IMG/VR virus record: IMGVR_UViG_3300042691_021876
Coordinates: 1-64,000 of that record
Source: a virus
Strand: one strand, 5' to 3'
Length of the DNA: 64,000 nucleotides
Positions within the stretch are counted from its first letter, which is position 1. Each line of letters begins with the position of its first letter. This document shows, in pieces, positions 1 to 7,904 of the stretch. The translations under genes were made by a program, and so were the position numbers. The notes beneath the pieces were generated by a model. It did not search any database. It was not told the DNA's origin and worked only from the letters and a program-made list of their open reading frames with translations.

Positions 1-188
1 AATACCGTGTCAACTTTAGATTTAGTTTGGAATACCAACTTTGATGTATTAAAAGAAGTGTCAGTATAACTTATTCTTCCTAATGTTGGAGCAACGATTC
101 CGTGCTTGTTACAAACAGCGGCAATAGCAGCCTCTAGTTCAGATCTTAACATTGTTAAATTTCTTGCGTCAAATTTTTGAATACTCAT
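1..188 (-). CDS. hypothetical early protein (3' end runs off the window)
   Basis: ATG at 188-186 directly downstream of a class I promoter; open frame MSIQKFDARNLTMLRSELEAAIAAVCNKHG... to the window edge. Confidence 0.7.
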   Translation of the reverse strand, partial: MSIQKFDARNLTMLRSELEAAIAAVCNKHGIVAPTLGRISYTDTSFNTSKLVFQTKSKVDTV

Positions 189-200
189 GATAATATATGT

Positions 201-277
201 TTGATTAATATTGATAGTTAAAATTAACCAAAATACTCATGCAAAGCAAATTTAGAATGTTAAATTTTTGTTAAACT
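201..277 (-). promoter_or_regulatory. class I (host-sigma, early) promoter cassette, tandem TTTAACA type
   Basis: minus strand TTTAACA-N4-TTTAACA-N7-TTTG-N20-TAATTTTA; near-identical copies at 2486, 4561, 13371, 14213. Confidence 0.8.
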
Positions 278-490
278 TTACTTCTTATTGTAATCACGCC
301 AATCTAAATAAAACCCTATAGCAACGAGCACATTCATAATTAATGAAGCACCGTATTCTACAAGATCATGGTAAACATTCATTGTTAAATGAACATGGCC
401 AATAACCCAAAAGGGTATGGCTAAGTTTTGTGAATACCAAGTAACGAAGTATTTAAGAAACCGGAGTATCTTCTGGAGCCTCTTCTTCAA
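278..490 (-). CDS. small membrane protein
   Basis: 70 aa, two hydrophobic segments; stop abuts the promoter repeat. Confidence 0.6.
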   Translation of the reverse strand: MKKRLQKILRFLKYFVTWYSQNLAIPFWVIGHVHLTMNVYHDLVEYGASLIMNVLVAIGFYLDWRDYNKK

Positions 491-776
491 TTTGTGGAAC
501 TAAAATTTCTAATGCTTGTTCAAAAGCAAGTAAGTGGTCTTTACTAGGTTTCAAAGCAACGATTGGTTTTTCGCCGGTTCTTCGACCTGCGCGAGTTGAT
601 TCGTAAATCTCAATTTGATTGATGCCCATACTTACAAATTTTAAGATTACGTAATTTTGTTTTTCAACTTGAAAGCCCCAAGCTAATACTCGAGTTGTGG
701 TAGGGATTTCTCTTAATGATTTTCTAATGTTATCTTTTAGATCCTCTCTTGTCTGTGGTGTAGTTTGTTTTGCCAT
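453..776 (-). CDS. hypothetical protein
   Basis: 107-aa ORF downstream of a class II promoter. Confidence 0.65.
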   Translation of the reverse strand: MAKQTTPQTREDLKDNIRKSLREIPTTTRVLAWGFQVEKQNYVILKFVSMGINQIEIYESTRAGRRTGEKPIVALKPSKDHLLAFEQALEILVPQIEEEAPEDTPVS

Positions 777-780
777 ATTA

Positions 781-808
781 ATTATATTTAAAGGCGGACC
801 ATTAGTTC
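781..808 (-). promoter_or_regulatory. class II (ECF-type, putative middle) promoter
   Basis: GAAC-N18-TATAAT. Confidence 0.7.
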
Positions 809-1219
809 TTTATTTTTGTACACAGAGATACATGTACCTTGTCCAAAAGTATATGCAATTTGCCAGCCTCGGTATTCAATAAGTTCTGATGGAAAACTTT
901 CAGTAAGTCCATCGAGTGGTTGTGTATCTGAACCGTGTTCTTCAAACACAGACATCATTGCATAGAGAACATTGTTAGGATGAGGCATGTAACCTTTTGC
1001 ATAACACGCATCTTCATAGGCATCATCGTGCATATCACAAATCTTGTGCATAATAATGTCAAAAGATTCTTGGTCAGTGAACATCTTTTCCATTCGTAAA
1101 CGATTAGCGGTTTCCCTTTCTTCTTTACGTTTCATTTCCTCACCAAACTTTTGCATGGCAATTTCACCTTCTGGACTTTCCATAAAGGCTTTCAGTTTTT
1201 CTAACATATCATTTGCCAT
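788..1219 (-). CDS. hypothetical protein
   Basis: 143-aa ORF in a tightly packed operon. Confidence 0.7.
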   Translation of the reverse strand: MANDMLEKLKAFMESPEGEIAMQKFGEEMKRKEERETANRLRMEKMFTDQESFDIIMHKICDMHDDAYEDACYAKGYMPHPNNVLYAMMSVFEEHGSDTQPLDGLTESFPSELIEYRGWQIAYTFGQGTCISVYKNKELMVRL

Positions 1220-1508
1220 ATTCTTGGTATTTAATAATCATTACAAGACTGTCTCCAACTTCACGGTTTTGCCTTGATGTAACCCAAACATTTGTACCTT
1301 TAAGATGACACTTCCAATACGGATCAAACTGCATAGTGTTGTCTTTTCCTGATGGGTGATAGTCAACGCTATCAATAGCAAAGGATTTACTATTATCTTT
1401 AAATTGATTTTCTTTTGTGGTTTCAACACCAGCAAGAAATGCTTTCATACATACACCTAAGGCTATCATACATAGACCAATAAGGATTAAAGTTTTTCCT
1501 GCGTTCAT
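1209..1508 (-). CDS. hypothetical protein with N-terminal membrane anchor
   Basis: 99 aa, hydrophobic N-terminus. Confidence 0.6.
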   Translation of the reverse strand: MNAGKTLILIGLCMIALGVCMKAFLAGVETTKENQFKDNSKSFAIDSVDYHPSGKDNTMQFDPYWKCHLKGTNVWVTSRQNREVGDSLVMIIKYQEYGK

Positions 1509-1729
1509 ACTTCTTTTAATTTAGTTTGTATTTTTTGATAATTCTTTATGATGCGACCAAACTGAGCAATAGACTTAAAGTCTTCATCACTCACATCTTC
1601 AGGGTGTAAGCCATGAATAGAGCTTGTTGGTTTTACAAATTCTACTTTATCATTGATTACATCAATGACATCAAGAATGTAAAAATCAGCAAGCTGTTCT
1701 AATTCAATAATAGTCATTTCCTTAAACAT
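1505..1729 (-). CDS. hypothetical protein
   Basis: likely start MFKEMT at 1729, overlapping the HD gene stop. Confidence 0.55.
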   Translation of the reverse strand: MFKEMTIIELEQLADFYILDVIDVINDKVEFVKPTSSIHGLHPEDVSDEDFKSIAQFGRIIKNYQKIQTKLKEV

Positions 1730-2261
1730 TGGTTCTGTTGAATTTAAAAGATTTTTCAATGTTTGCCAAATCAAAATCCTCAAGCATGTTGTCAGCAGCA
1801 CCCATGATTTGTAGCATATCCCAAATACCCATAGATTTCCAAGTGTCAACTTGTGCAGCAGATTTAGCTGGTCTCATATCTCCAAGTTGGTGGAACCTCA
1901 TGTGTGCACCGCAAAGTTGAGCAACGATATCAGGGTCCGCCCCGTTTTCAACACAGAATGCTCTTACTTGATTGTTTTCCATTACAAGAACAAGCGCAGC
2001 AGAGTCATGTCCTGGAGAAGTAGGCCACCCGGTTTTCTCGTTCATTCTTACCGTATCAAATTTACAGATGTCGTGTAGAACTCCGCACATGATAAGGTTA
2101 GGATTTTCCGTTTGCATTAGTCTTTCCGTTACGATTGCAATGTGGTGGAACGCAGAAGGCTCTGGGTGAAAGTCAGGACGCTCTCTAAGAAACTTTAATT
2201 GCTCAAGTTTTCTTTTGATGATATGAGGAGCTCCTTCAATGATTTCGTTAAATGTTTTCAT
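1722..2261 (-). CDS. HD-domain phosphohydrolase
   Basis: FHPE...HH, VLHDICK, GHD, HM, AAD motif series. Confidence 0.8.
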   Translation of the reverse strand: MKTFNEIIEGAPHIIKRKLEQLKFLRERPDFHPEPSAFHHIAIVTERLMQTENPNLIMCGVLHDICKFDTVRMNEKTGWPTSPGHDSAALVLVMENNQVRAFCVENGADPDIVAQLCGAHMRFHQLGDMRPAKSAAQVDTWKSMGIWDMLQIMGAADNMLEDFDLANIEKSFKFNRTNV

Positions 2262-2264
2262 TTC

Positions 2265-2468
2265 TTAGTTAATTTTAGTTGCATTGTTTTCATTTAGAAA
2301 ATTCACAAGATCTTGAATTTCATTATGGTAATAACCTTCTCTTTGTCCAGGGTTATGACATGAAACACCAGTATAAGTTTTATGCTGAGTTATTTCATGG
2401 ATAATAAATGAAGTCCCTGATTCGATTTTAAATTCTGATTTCTCTGTGATGTCTGATATTGTAAACAT
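2265..2468 (-). CDS. hypothetical protein
   Basis: start re-assigned to MFTISD, downstream of the promoter repeat. Confidence 0.55.
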   Translation of the reverse strand: MFTISDITEKSEFKIESGTSFIIHEITQHKTYTGVSCHNPGQREGYYHNEIQDLVNFLNENNATKIN

Positions 2469-2485
2469 ATTTCCTTTATTAATTA

Positions 2486-2550
2486 GATAGTTAAAATTAA
2501 CCATAATAAAGAAGCAAAGCAAATTCTAAATGTTAATTTTTTGTTAAACT
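2486..2550 (-). promoter_or_regulatory. class I promoter cassette, tandem TTTAACA type
   Basis: same architecture as 201-277. Confidence 0.8.
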
Positions 2551-2771
2551 TTTGCTGGCTTTAATTGCTTGAGCAAATGATCACTTAATAATTTAAGATC
2601 TTCTTGATTTAAGTAAGTAAGAAATATGTCAACACCATTTGTCATAGTGATCTCAACGTCACCTTCTTTGTCAGCATGAAATACTTCCAAGGTTTCCCAC
2701 TTTCCTTTAAATTCAACAGACTGCCATTTTGTACCTTCGTCAATTATTCTACCTTTTGTAAGTGTTGCCAT
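2544..2771 (-). CDS. hypothetical protein
   Basis: 75-aa ORF; its last codons lie inside the promoter repeat. Confidence 0.6.
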   Translation of the reverse strand: MATLTKGRIIDEGTKWQSVEFKGKWETLEVFHADKEGDVEITMTNGVDIFLTYLNQEDLKLLSDHLLKQLKPAKV

Positions 2772-2777
2772 TATTAG

Positions 2778-3323
2778 TTAATTAAGTTCTTGCGTTGTTT
2801 TAGAACCATCAGGTTTTGAATACACAATCTTAGACGGTGTAACTTCAAAAGATATGTCTTCTAGTTGTTTAATGTAATCAGCTGCTTTTCCTTTCTTAAG
2901 ATAAGCAACCGTAGCATGCGGGTGATAGTCTGGGAAATTTGTTGTATGAGGAAGTTTACTAAGTTCTTTATTAATTTCATGTAACTTAGGGCATTCCGCG
3001 TCAAATTTTAGTACATCGTATTTTTCATTTTCAAATGCAGAAGCATTTGCTAAACGAATAGGTGGAATTTGGCCAGCACTGATACGCATAACATCAGCTT
3101 CTTCAATTTCTTCAGAATGTAATCCATAAAGTAATGTTACGTGATGTTCATCTTCAATTCCATATTGGTCACCTTCTTCAGCATACAAATCATCAGGATT
3201 TATTTGTTCTTGAATCTTTGCCAGCTCCGGGCAGTCAAAATAAACCATTGAACAACCAAAATCATATGTATTGCTTTTTTCTTCTAACTTGCTGGAGTTA
3301 GTAAACTCATTGTAATTTAACAT
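2778..3323 (-). CDS. 2H phosphoesterase, T4 gp57B/Acb1-like (candidate anti-CBASS nuclease)
   Basis: two HxT motifs (HHVTLLYG; FPDYHPHATVAY, compare T4 57B FDDYTPHITLSY). Confidence 0.75.
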   Translation of the reverse strand: MLNYNEFTNSSKLEEKSNTYDFGCSMVYFDCPELAKIQEQINPDDLYAEEGDQYGIEDEHHVTLLYGLHSEEIEEADVMRISAGQIPPIRLANASAFENEKYDVLKFDAECPKLHEINKELSKLPHTTNFPDYHPHATVAYLKKGKAADYIKQLEDISFEVTPSKIVYSKPDGSKTTQELN

Positions 3324-3340
3324 ATATAGTGTATTTAGAT

Positions 3341-3368
3341 TTTATATACACATATGTCACAATGGTTT
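3341..3368 (-). promoter_or_regulatory. class II promoter
   Basis: AAAC-N18-TATAAA. Confidence 0.65.
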
Positions 3369-3943
3369 TATACGGTGTAATAAGAGCCGTCCTTTAAAAA
3401 CACTTCTCCTTTTTCTTCTAAGATTTCTGTAACACTTTCATCAGAAGTTAATTCTTCATAGTAGTTTTCTAAGTCCTCATAGTATTTGTCAGATTGTGTT
3501 CTTGCCCATTCGGTTACAGTAGTTTCAAAGGCACGAATATAGTCAGGCATTTGAATATCATAAACTTCAATGTTTGCCTCAATAGTATTTGAGTGACAAT
3601 AACGAGAAGCAAAAGTTGTACCGCGTTTTATGATTGAGATTTCCATTGCTCCGTCAAAGTCTCTAACTTCTTGTGGAAGATTTTCAAAATTTTCCATAAA
3701 TAACCTTAAGTCAGTAACTCTTCCCATAAAGCAAGCGCCATCACCTTGTGACCAGAACCCAGAAAATTGAGTTTCAATTTCAGCAAATCCAGCTTCAGTC
3801 ATATCTTCAGTAAATCCTTCAGTTATAGGATCATGCCAATCATCAAATTCCGTTTCGTAATGACGATTCTTTTCTAAAAGCTGTTCTTGAACTTCTTTTG
3901 ATAATTCAGAGAACTTGTAAAGATTAGTAGTAATAGTTTTCAT
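3368..3943 (-). CDS. acidic hypothetical protein with FSGFWSQGDGACF motif
   Basis: motif seen in phage/plasmid hypothetical proteins; likely start MKTITT; very D/E-rich. Confidence 0.65.
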   Translation of the reverse strand: MKTITTNLYKFSELSKEVQEQLLEKNRHYETEFDDWHDPITEGFTEDMTEAGFAEIETQFSGFWSQGDGACFMGRVTDLRLFMENFENLPQEVRDFDGAMEISIIKRGTTFASRYCHSNTIEANIEVYDIQMPDYIRAFETTVTEWARTQSDKYYEDLENYYEELTSDESVTEILEEKGEVFLKDGSYYTV

Positions 3944-3956
3944 ATAGAATAAATGT

Positions 3957-4196
3957 TTAGTTATTGACTTCGGTAAAGTTTGCATATTGAGTTACAAAAC
4001 ATTCCATATTACGAAATGTGTTATACCCAAGCGGCGATGGAAAATATCTTTCAAACCATTTTGAAACTTCCAACGAAGGAACAGTATCACCGTGTTTAAG
4101 CATGTCCTGAGCAAAGCATTGTGCAGCATAAGGAAAGCTTCTTGATAAAAATAATGTAACGTCGTTTGTTTTGAAATTTGCAGATTGTAATGCCAT
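3957..4196 (-). CDS. hypothetical protein
   Basis: 79-aa ORF. Confidence 0.6.
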   Translation of the reverse strand: MALQSANFKTNDVTLFLSRSFPYAAQCFAQDMLKHGDTVPSLEVSKWFERYFPSPLGYNTFRNMECFVTQYANFTEVNN

Positions 4197-4210
4197 ATTG
4201 ATTAATTTTT

Positions 4211-4229
4211 ATTGATAGTTAAAATTAAC
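4211..4229 (-). repeat. truncated copy of the class I promoter repeat (-7 element only)
   Basis: ATTGATAGTTAAAATTAAC identical to 4570-4588. Confidence 0.75.
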
Positions 4230-4551
4230 AGTTCATCATTGCGTGATCCATATCAGATTGCGAATAAAGCATTCCGTCTCTGCCTCTAGTAACAGGCCTG
4301 TAATAATTATTTGCAGCAATTTCAGCTTCCGCCATAAAGGTTCTTTCAAAGTAATCCGCTATAGAATAATGTTGGTCCTCAGTCCAAGATTGAAATTTTC
4401 TAATGCTAAGGTTAATATCACCAAGTGGACAAATAACTGCATTAACAGCCTTGGCCATTAGTTTGTTCCCGGTTCTAAATAATTTGTGAATTTCAGTTTT
4501 AGATAATCCTAATGAATAATCCGAGTTTGAGAAAGGTGAGCAAGAATCCAT
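4225..4551 (-). CDS. hypothetical early protein
   Basis: start re-assigned to MDSCSP; flanked by 19-bp direct repeats. Confidence 0.6.
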   Translation of the reverse strand: MDSCSPFSNSDYSLGLSKTEIHKLFRTGNKLMAKAVNAVICPLGDINLSIRKFQSWTEDQHYSIADYFERTFMAEAEIAANNYYRPVTRGRDGMLYSQSDMDHAMMNC

Positions 4552-4560
4552 AATATGTGT

Positions 4561-4637
4561 TTGATTAATATTGATAGTTAAAATTAACCAAAATACCAAA
4601 GCAAAGCAAATTTTAAATGTTAAATTTTTGTTAAACT
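4561..4637 (-). promoter_or_regulatory. class I promoter cassette, tandem TTTAACA type
   Basis: near-identical to 201-277. Confidence 0.8.
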
Positions 4638-4638
4638 T

Positions 4639-5274
4639 TTAATCACCCCAGCGCTCAAGGTTTTGTTCCATTAATTTGAATAAAAGTTTTCTTGCGCGAT
4701 CATGGTTAATACGCCCAATGTTCATTGCAACAATTTGATTATCGTCTTCACGCCCTTCTCTACCAAAGACACCTTCACCAGCTAGAACCCTTCTGTAGAT
4801 TAGTGGATATTTTTTAAAGTAGTCATTAAAATTCTCTTCAATTATTTTGGACTCCCAAGAACTATAACCTGGTTTATCTGGAACATCTTCAAACCAATGT
4901 TTTGTTTTATGATAGTTAAAATACTCAGAACTATAAAATTCTTCTTGAACTAATCCCATCAGTTTAACACACAGTCTCATAGTACGAGCGTATTCTTGAG
5001 ATCTTGTATGTCTATCATTATTACTGATGTAATTAGCTTGTGCTGATAGCTTGTGCTTCATTATTTCGAAGATGTAATGAGAATCCCAATGACGGTCTTT
5101 CCAAATAATCGGTAACCAATACCAAACACTTTTAACTCCTCGTTTAAATGTTGTATGCATATACCTACCGTCATTATTCCACCAAAGGGAAATGAATCGC
5201 AGCTTTTTTACGATCCAAGATTTCTTTTCTCTTTCTTCAGCCCATTGTTCAAAGATGTCTTTTTCTGGTTCCAT
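4639..5274 (-). CDS. conserved phage hypothetical protein
   Basis: 211 aa, WLPIIWKDRHWD motif. Confidence 0.7.
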   Translation of the reverse strand: MEPEKDIFEQWAEEREKKSWIVKKLRFISLWWNNDGRYMHTTFKRGVKSVWYWLPIIWKDRHWDSHYIFEIMKHKLSAQANYISNNDRHTRSQEYARTMRLCVKLMGLVQEEFYSSEYFNYHKTKHWFEDVPDKPGYSSWESKIIEENFNDYFKKYPLIYRRVLAGEGVFGREGREDDNQIVAMNIGRINHDRARKLLFKLMEQNLERWGD

Positions 5275-5285
5275 AGATTTTGTTT

Positions 5286-6359
5286 TTATTTGTCAGCAAA
5301 AGGTCTACCGTAAGCTGGTTTAACTAATTTCCAAATGTGTTGTGAATAGTCTTTTTCAGTATACATACAGAATAAGATACCGGAGTACTTATATCTTTTT
5401 GCAAAACTTGCAAAGACAGCACGATCTTCAATACCTTCAGCTCTCATTAATACTTTGAAGATCCACTTGTATTCGTCTTCAATTTTAGCATAGTGATTTT
5501 TGATAGAAGTTTCAGTTGCTTTAACCCAATCAAAAAATTCATCAGGAACATCAGCAAGCATAGCCTCTGGAAGTTTCCCAAATAGTTTTAGGTTTTCATA
5601 TATATCGTAAGTAGAACATTGAGTTAAAATACGGTGCAAAGCAACATAATCTGTAAACTTAATTTTAGTTCTAAAGTTAGATGGTGAAAATCTTAAAACA
5701 TAACCTTCTTCATTCTCAACATTTTTAGCTTTAAGAAATTCATATAATGAATCACCTATTGGTTTATGAACTTCGGATTTCACAATGTATTGTTCTACAT
5801 TGTAAGAATATAAAACTTTCTTTGCAGCTTCCCAAGTAAGTTCTTCTTCACCGTTAAAGATACTTAAGAATATGAACTTTTCCTCAATCCCGTAGTCAAC
5901 TACAATTCTGTTTTCTGGGTAAATGATTTCACCCACGTAAACAAGATTAATGTCAAACCTGGATAGGTCACAGTTTTCGTTTACAATTTTTAAACCTTTA
6001 ATTGCTTGGTCAGAAGTAAAAGATCCACGAGTTGCCATAACCCAATTCCCAGCATAGTTAAACAAGATCCCTAAAGATCCGTCCATCTTATCTTGAACGG
6101 TTACATGCTCAGACTCTGTCCAAGGAATGACATTTTTGTGAACAAGTTCTTCATAGTTAAAAAACTTACCAAATGGTTTAGCAATAATGTTTCCTTCATT
6201 ATCTAAAATAAGACCTCTACACATTAAAGTGATTTCGTCCCAATAAGACTCATATTGAGTTGCTTGCGTATAGTTATAAATAGAAAGAGGTAGGGTTGGG
6301 TGAACTTGTTTCATTACCCAGCCTTCCTCTATGTATTTGTTTAGCTTTTCAATTAACAT
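5286..6359 (-). CDS. RNA ligase 1 (T4 RnlA/Rnl1 family)
   Basis: CRGLILD, KPFGKFFNY, adenylation motif KMDGSLG, EGYV, KIK. Confidence 0.9.
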   Translation of the reverse strand: MLIEKLNKYIEEGWVMKQVHPTLPLSIYNYTQATQYESYWDEITLMCRGLILDNEGNIIAKPFGKFFNYEELVHKNVIPWTESEHVTVQDKMDGSLGILFNYAGNWVMATRGSFTSDQAIKGLKIVNENCDLSRFDINLVYVGEIIYPENRIVVDYGIEEKFIFLSIFNGEEELTWEAAKKVLYSYNVEQYIVKSEVHKPIGDSLYEFLKAKNVENEEGYVLRFSPSNFRTKIKFTDYVALHRILTQCSTYDIYENLKLFGKLPEAMLADVPDEFFDWVKATETSIKNHYAKIEDEYKWIFKVLMRAEGIEDRAVFASFAKRYKYSGILFCMYTEKDYSQHIWKLVKPAYGRPFADK

Positions 6360-6379
6360 AATAATGCAGTTTTAATTAT

Positions 6380-6442
6380 AGAGCAAAATTAACCAATTAA
6401 ATTGAATAAAGCAAACTTTTTAATCCAAAGTTATTAACAACT
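6380..6442 (-). promoter_or_regulatory. class I promoter with DnaA-box-like TTATTAACA (6431-6439)
   Basis: minus strand TGTTAATAA-N15-TTTG-N20-TAATTTTG; perfect Bacteroidota -33/-7 consensus. Confidence 0.8.
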
Positions 6443-6875
6443 ATATAAGACCTTTAAAAGAATCGTCTTTAGCGCCAATTATGTCAAACGCAATCACTTG
6501 CTTAATTTCTACTTCGTGATCGTCATTAATAGAACCGACGCATCTTGGGCGCATAACAGCAAACCCATGTTCAAGCATACTTAATGCTGTTTTGCCATTC
6601 ATATTATTAAGGAATGTTGCGTCAGCAAAAACTATGTCTTCTTTAATGTAAACGTCGTCAATCGTGTGTGATGCTTTACTAAGGTCAACTGCACCGAAAG
6701 ATTCACCGTCTACGTACGATGGGTAATGTAATTCACCAAACATAGGTTTATTGTCATTAAGGGTTTTTCTATACTGAGATACGATTTCTTTAGCAGCGTC
6801 TTTAGTATAGATTCTGTCATTTCCATTACTTACTCCTATTTTAAGGACAGGTATTAACTTAACTTGTTCCGGCAT
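6441..6875 (-). CDS. prohead protease (gp21)-like paralog, probably inactive
   Basis: NGNDRIY, GELHYP, ASH and FDII motifs; canonical SSRG replaced by RPRC. Confidence 0.7.
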   Translation of the reverse strand: MPEQVKLIPVLKIGVSNGNDRIYTKDAAKEIVSQYRKTLNDNKPMFGELHYPSYVDGESFGAVDLSKASHTIDDVYIKEDIVFADATFLNNMNGKTALSMLEHGFAVMRPRCVGSINDDHEVEIKQVIAFDIIGAKDDSFKGLI

Positions 6876-6877
6876 AA

Positions 6878-7135
6878 TTAAAATGGTAAATCATCATGTT
6901 TTTTAGCTTCTGCCTTTGACAGCAAATGCCCCAAGTCTTGGTAAGCATCTGCAAGAATCATTCCAGCATTTTCTAATTTTTTGCGGATCTTCTTTTTCTT
7001 CTGAGCTAACGGATGATCTATTAAATGGTCTTGTACATTACATAACACAACGTGTGTTCTATCAAGTAACTCTAAGTAGTGACCATCGTTTATTTCAATC
7101 TCAATCTTAATCTTCTTTTCTTTATTTTTTCCCAT
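6878..7135 (-). CDS. hypothetical protein
   Basis: 85-aa ORF ending DDLPF. Confidence 0.65.
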   Translation of the reverse strand: MGKNKEKKIKIEIEINDGHYLELLDRTHVVLCNVQDHLIDHPLAQKKKKIRKKLENAGMILADAYQDLGHLLSKAEAKKHDDLPF

Positions 7136-7149
7136 AGTAATAGTTTATT

Positions 7150-7177
7150 GTTATATTCAGAATTAGACTTAAGGTTC
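7150..7177 (-). promoter_or_regulatory. class II promoter
   Basis: GAAC-N18-TATAAC. Confidence 0.7.
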
Positions 7178-7561
7178 TTTACTATATTGATCTTTTACTT
7201 TTTGTGATATTGGAATTGCGTCCCCGCCTTCATCTATTCTCACAAACTTCATGTTTGTTGATAGTATAATTGATTGCGTTCCCGAATACACATTGTGCGA
7301 ACGTGCTTCCATATAAATTGTGATTGATGTAGTTCCTATTGCTCGGACCTCACCATAGATTTTAATTAGCTGGCCTTCTCTAGCAGGTTTCTTAAAAACA
7401 CATTGGTCAATCATTACAGTAACCATTCTTGGTGTATCACAAACTTGCATTGCATAAGCCGCTGCAGCTGCATCTAACCAAGCTAAAAGTTTACCGCCAA
7501 ATAAATTTCCATGAAATCCTAAATCAGATTTCTTAATTGGGTGTGTTGAGATTAGTTCCAT
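7169..7561 (-). CDS. hotdog-fold acyl-CoA thioesterase (YciA-like)
   Basis: DLGFHGNLFGGKLLAWLD, MVTV, FKKP, GTTSI motifs. Confidence 0.85.
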   Translation of the reverse strand: MELISTHPIKKSDLGFHGNLFGGKLLAWLDAAAAAYAMQVCDTPRMVTVMIDQCVFKKPAREGQLIKIYGEVRAIGTTSITIYMEARSHNVYSGTQSIILSTNMKFVRIDEGGDAIPISQKVKDQYSKEP

Positions 7562-7764
7562 TATAAATCTGGGTTTACTTCAATTATATGAGGAGCTGTA
7601 TATAAGTGCATAAGAGTCCCAGCGCAATCACTGTCTAATCCTATAATCCAATTTTTACCAAGCTCTTTTACATCACCTGGGCATACCAAGAAATCGTGTA
7701 TGTATTGGCTTTGCTTTAACAGATCTTGTTTCTGTTCTACAGTTTTAACAATTATCTTTATCAT
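7561..7764 (-). CDS. hypothetical protein
   Basis: 67-aa ORF coupled to neighbours. Confidence 0.5.
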   Translation of the reverse strand: MIKIIVKTVEQKQDLLKQSQYIHDFLVCPGDVKELGKNWIIGLDSDCAGTLMHLYTAPHIIEVNPDL

Positions 7765-7904
7765 ATGTTTTCATATTTATAATTTTCCATAAAGGAAAAT
7801 ACTTGTTAAGTTGATTCATTATGTAATCATATGAATGATTTTCAAAATCAATGGTTACAACGGCAAAACCAACTAAAGGGACTATTGTTACAAATGTGTT
7901 CATT

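Noticed and set aside
2469-2522. Shared N-terminal peptide MVNFNYL in ORFs 2265-2522 and 58142-59077, and the extension of 4225-4599
   Set aside because: Artefact of ORF calls extending through the promoter repeat; real starts lie downstream.
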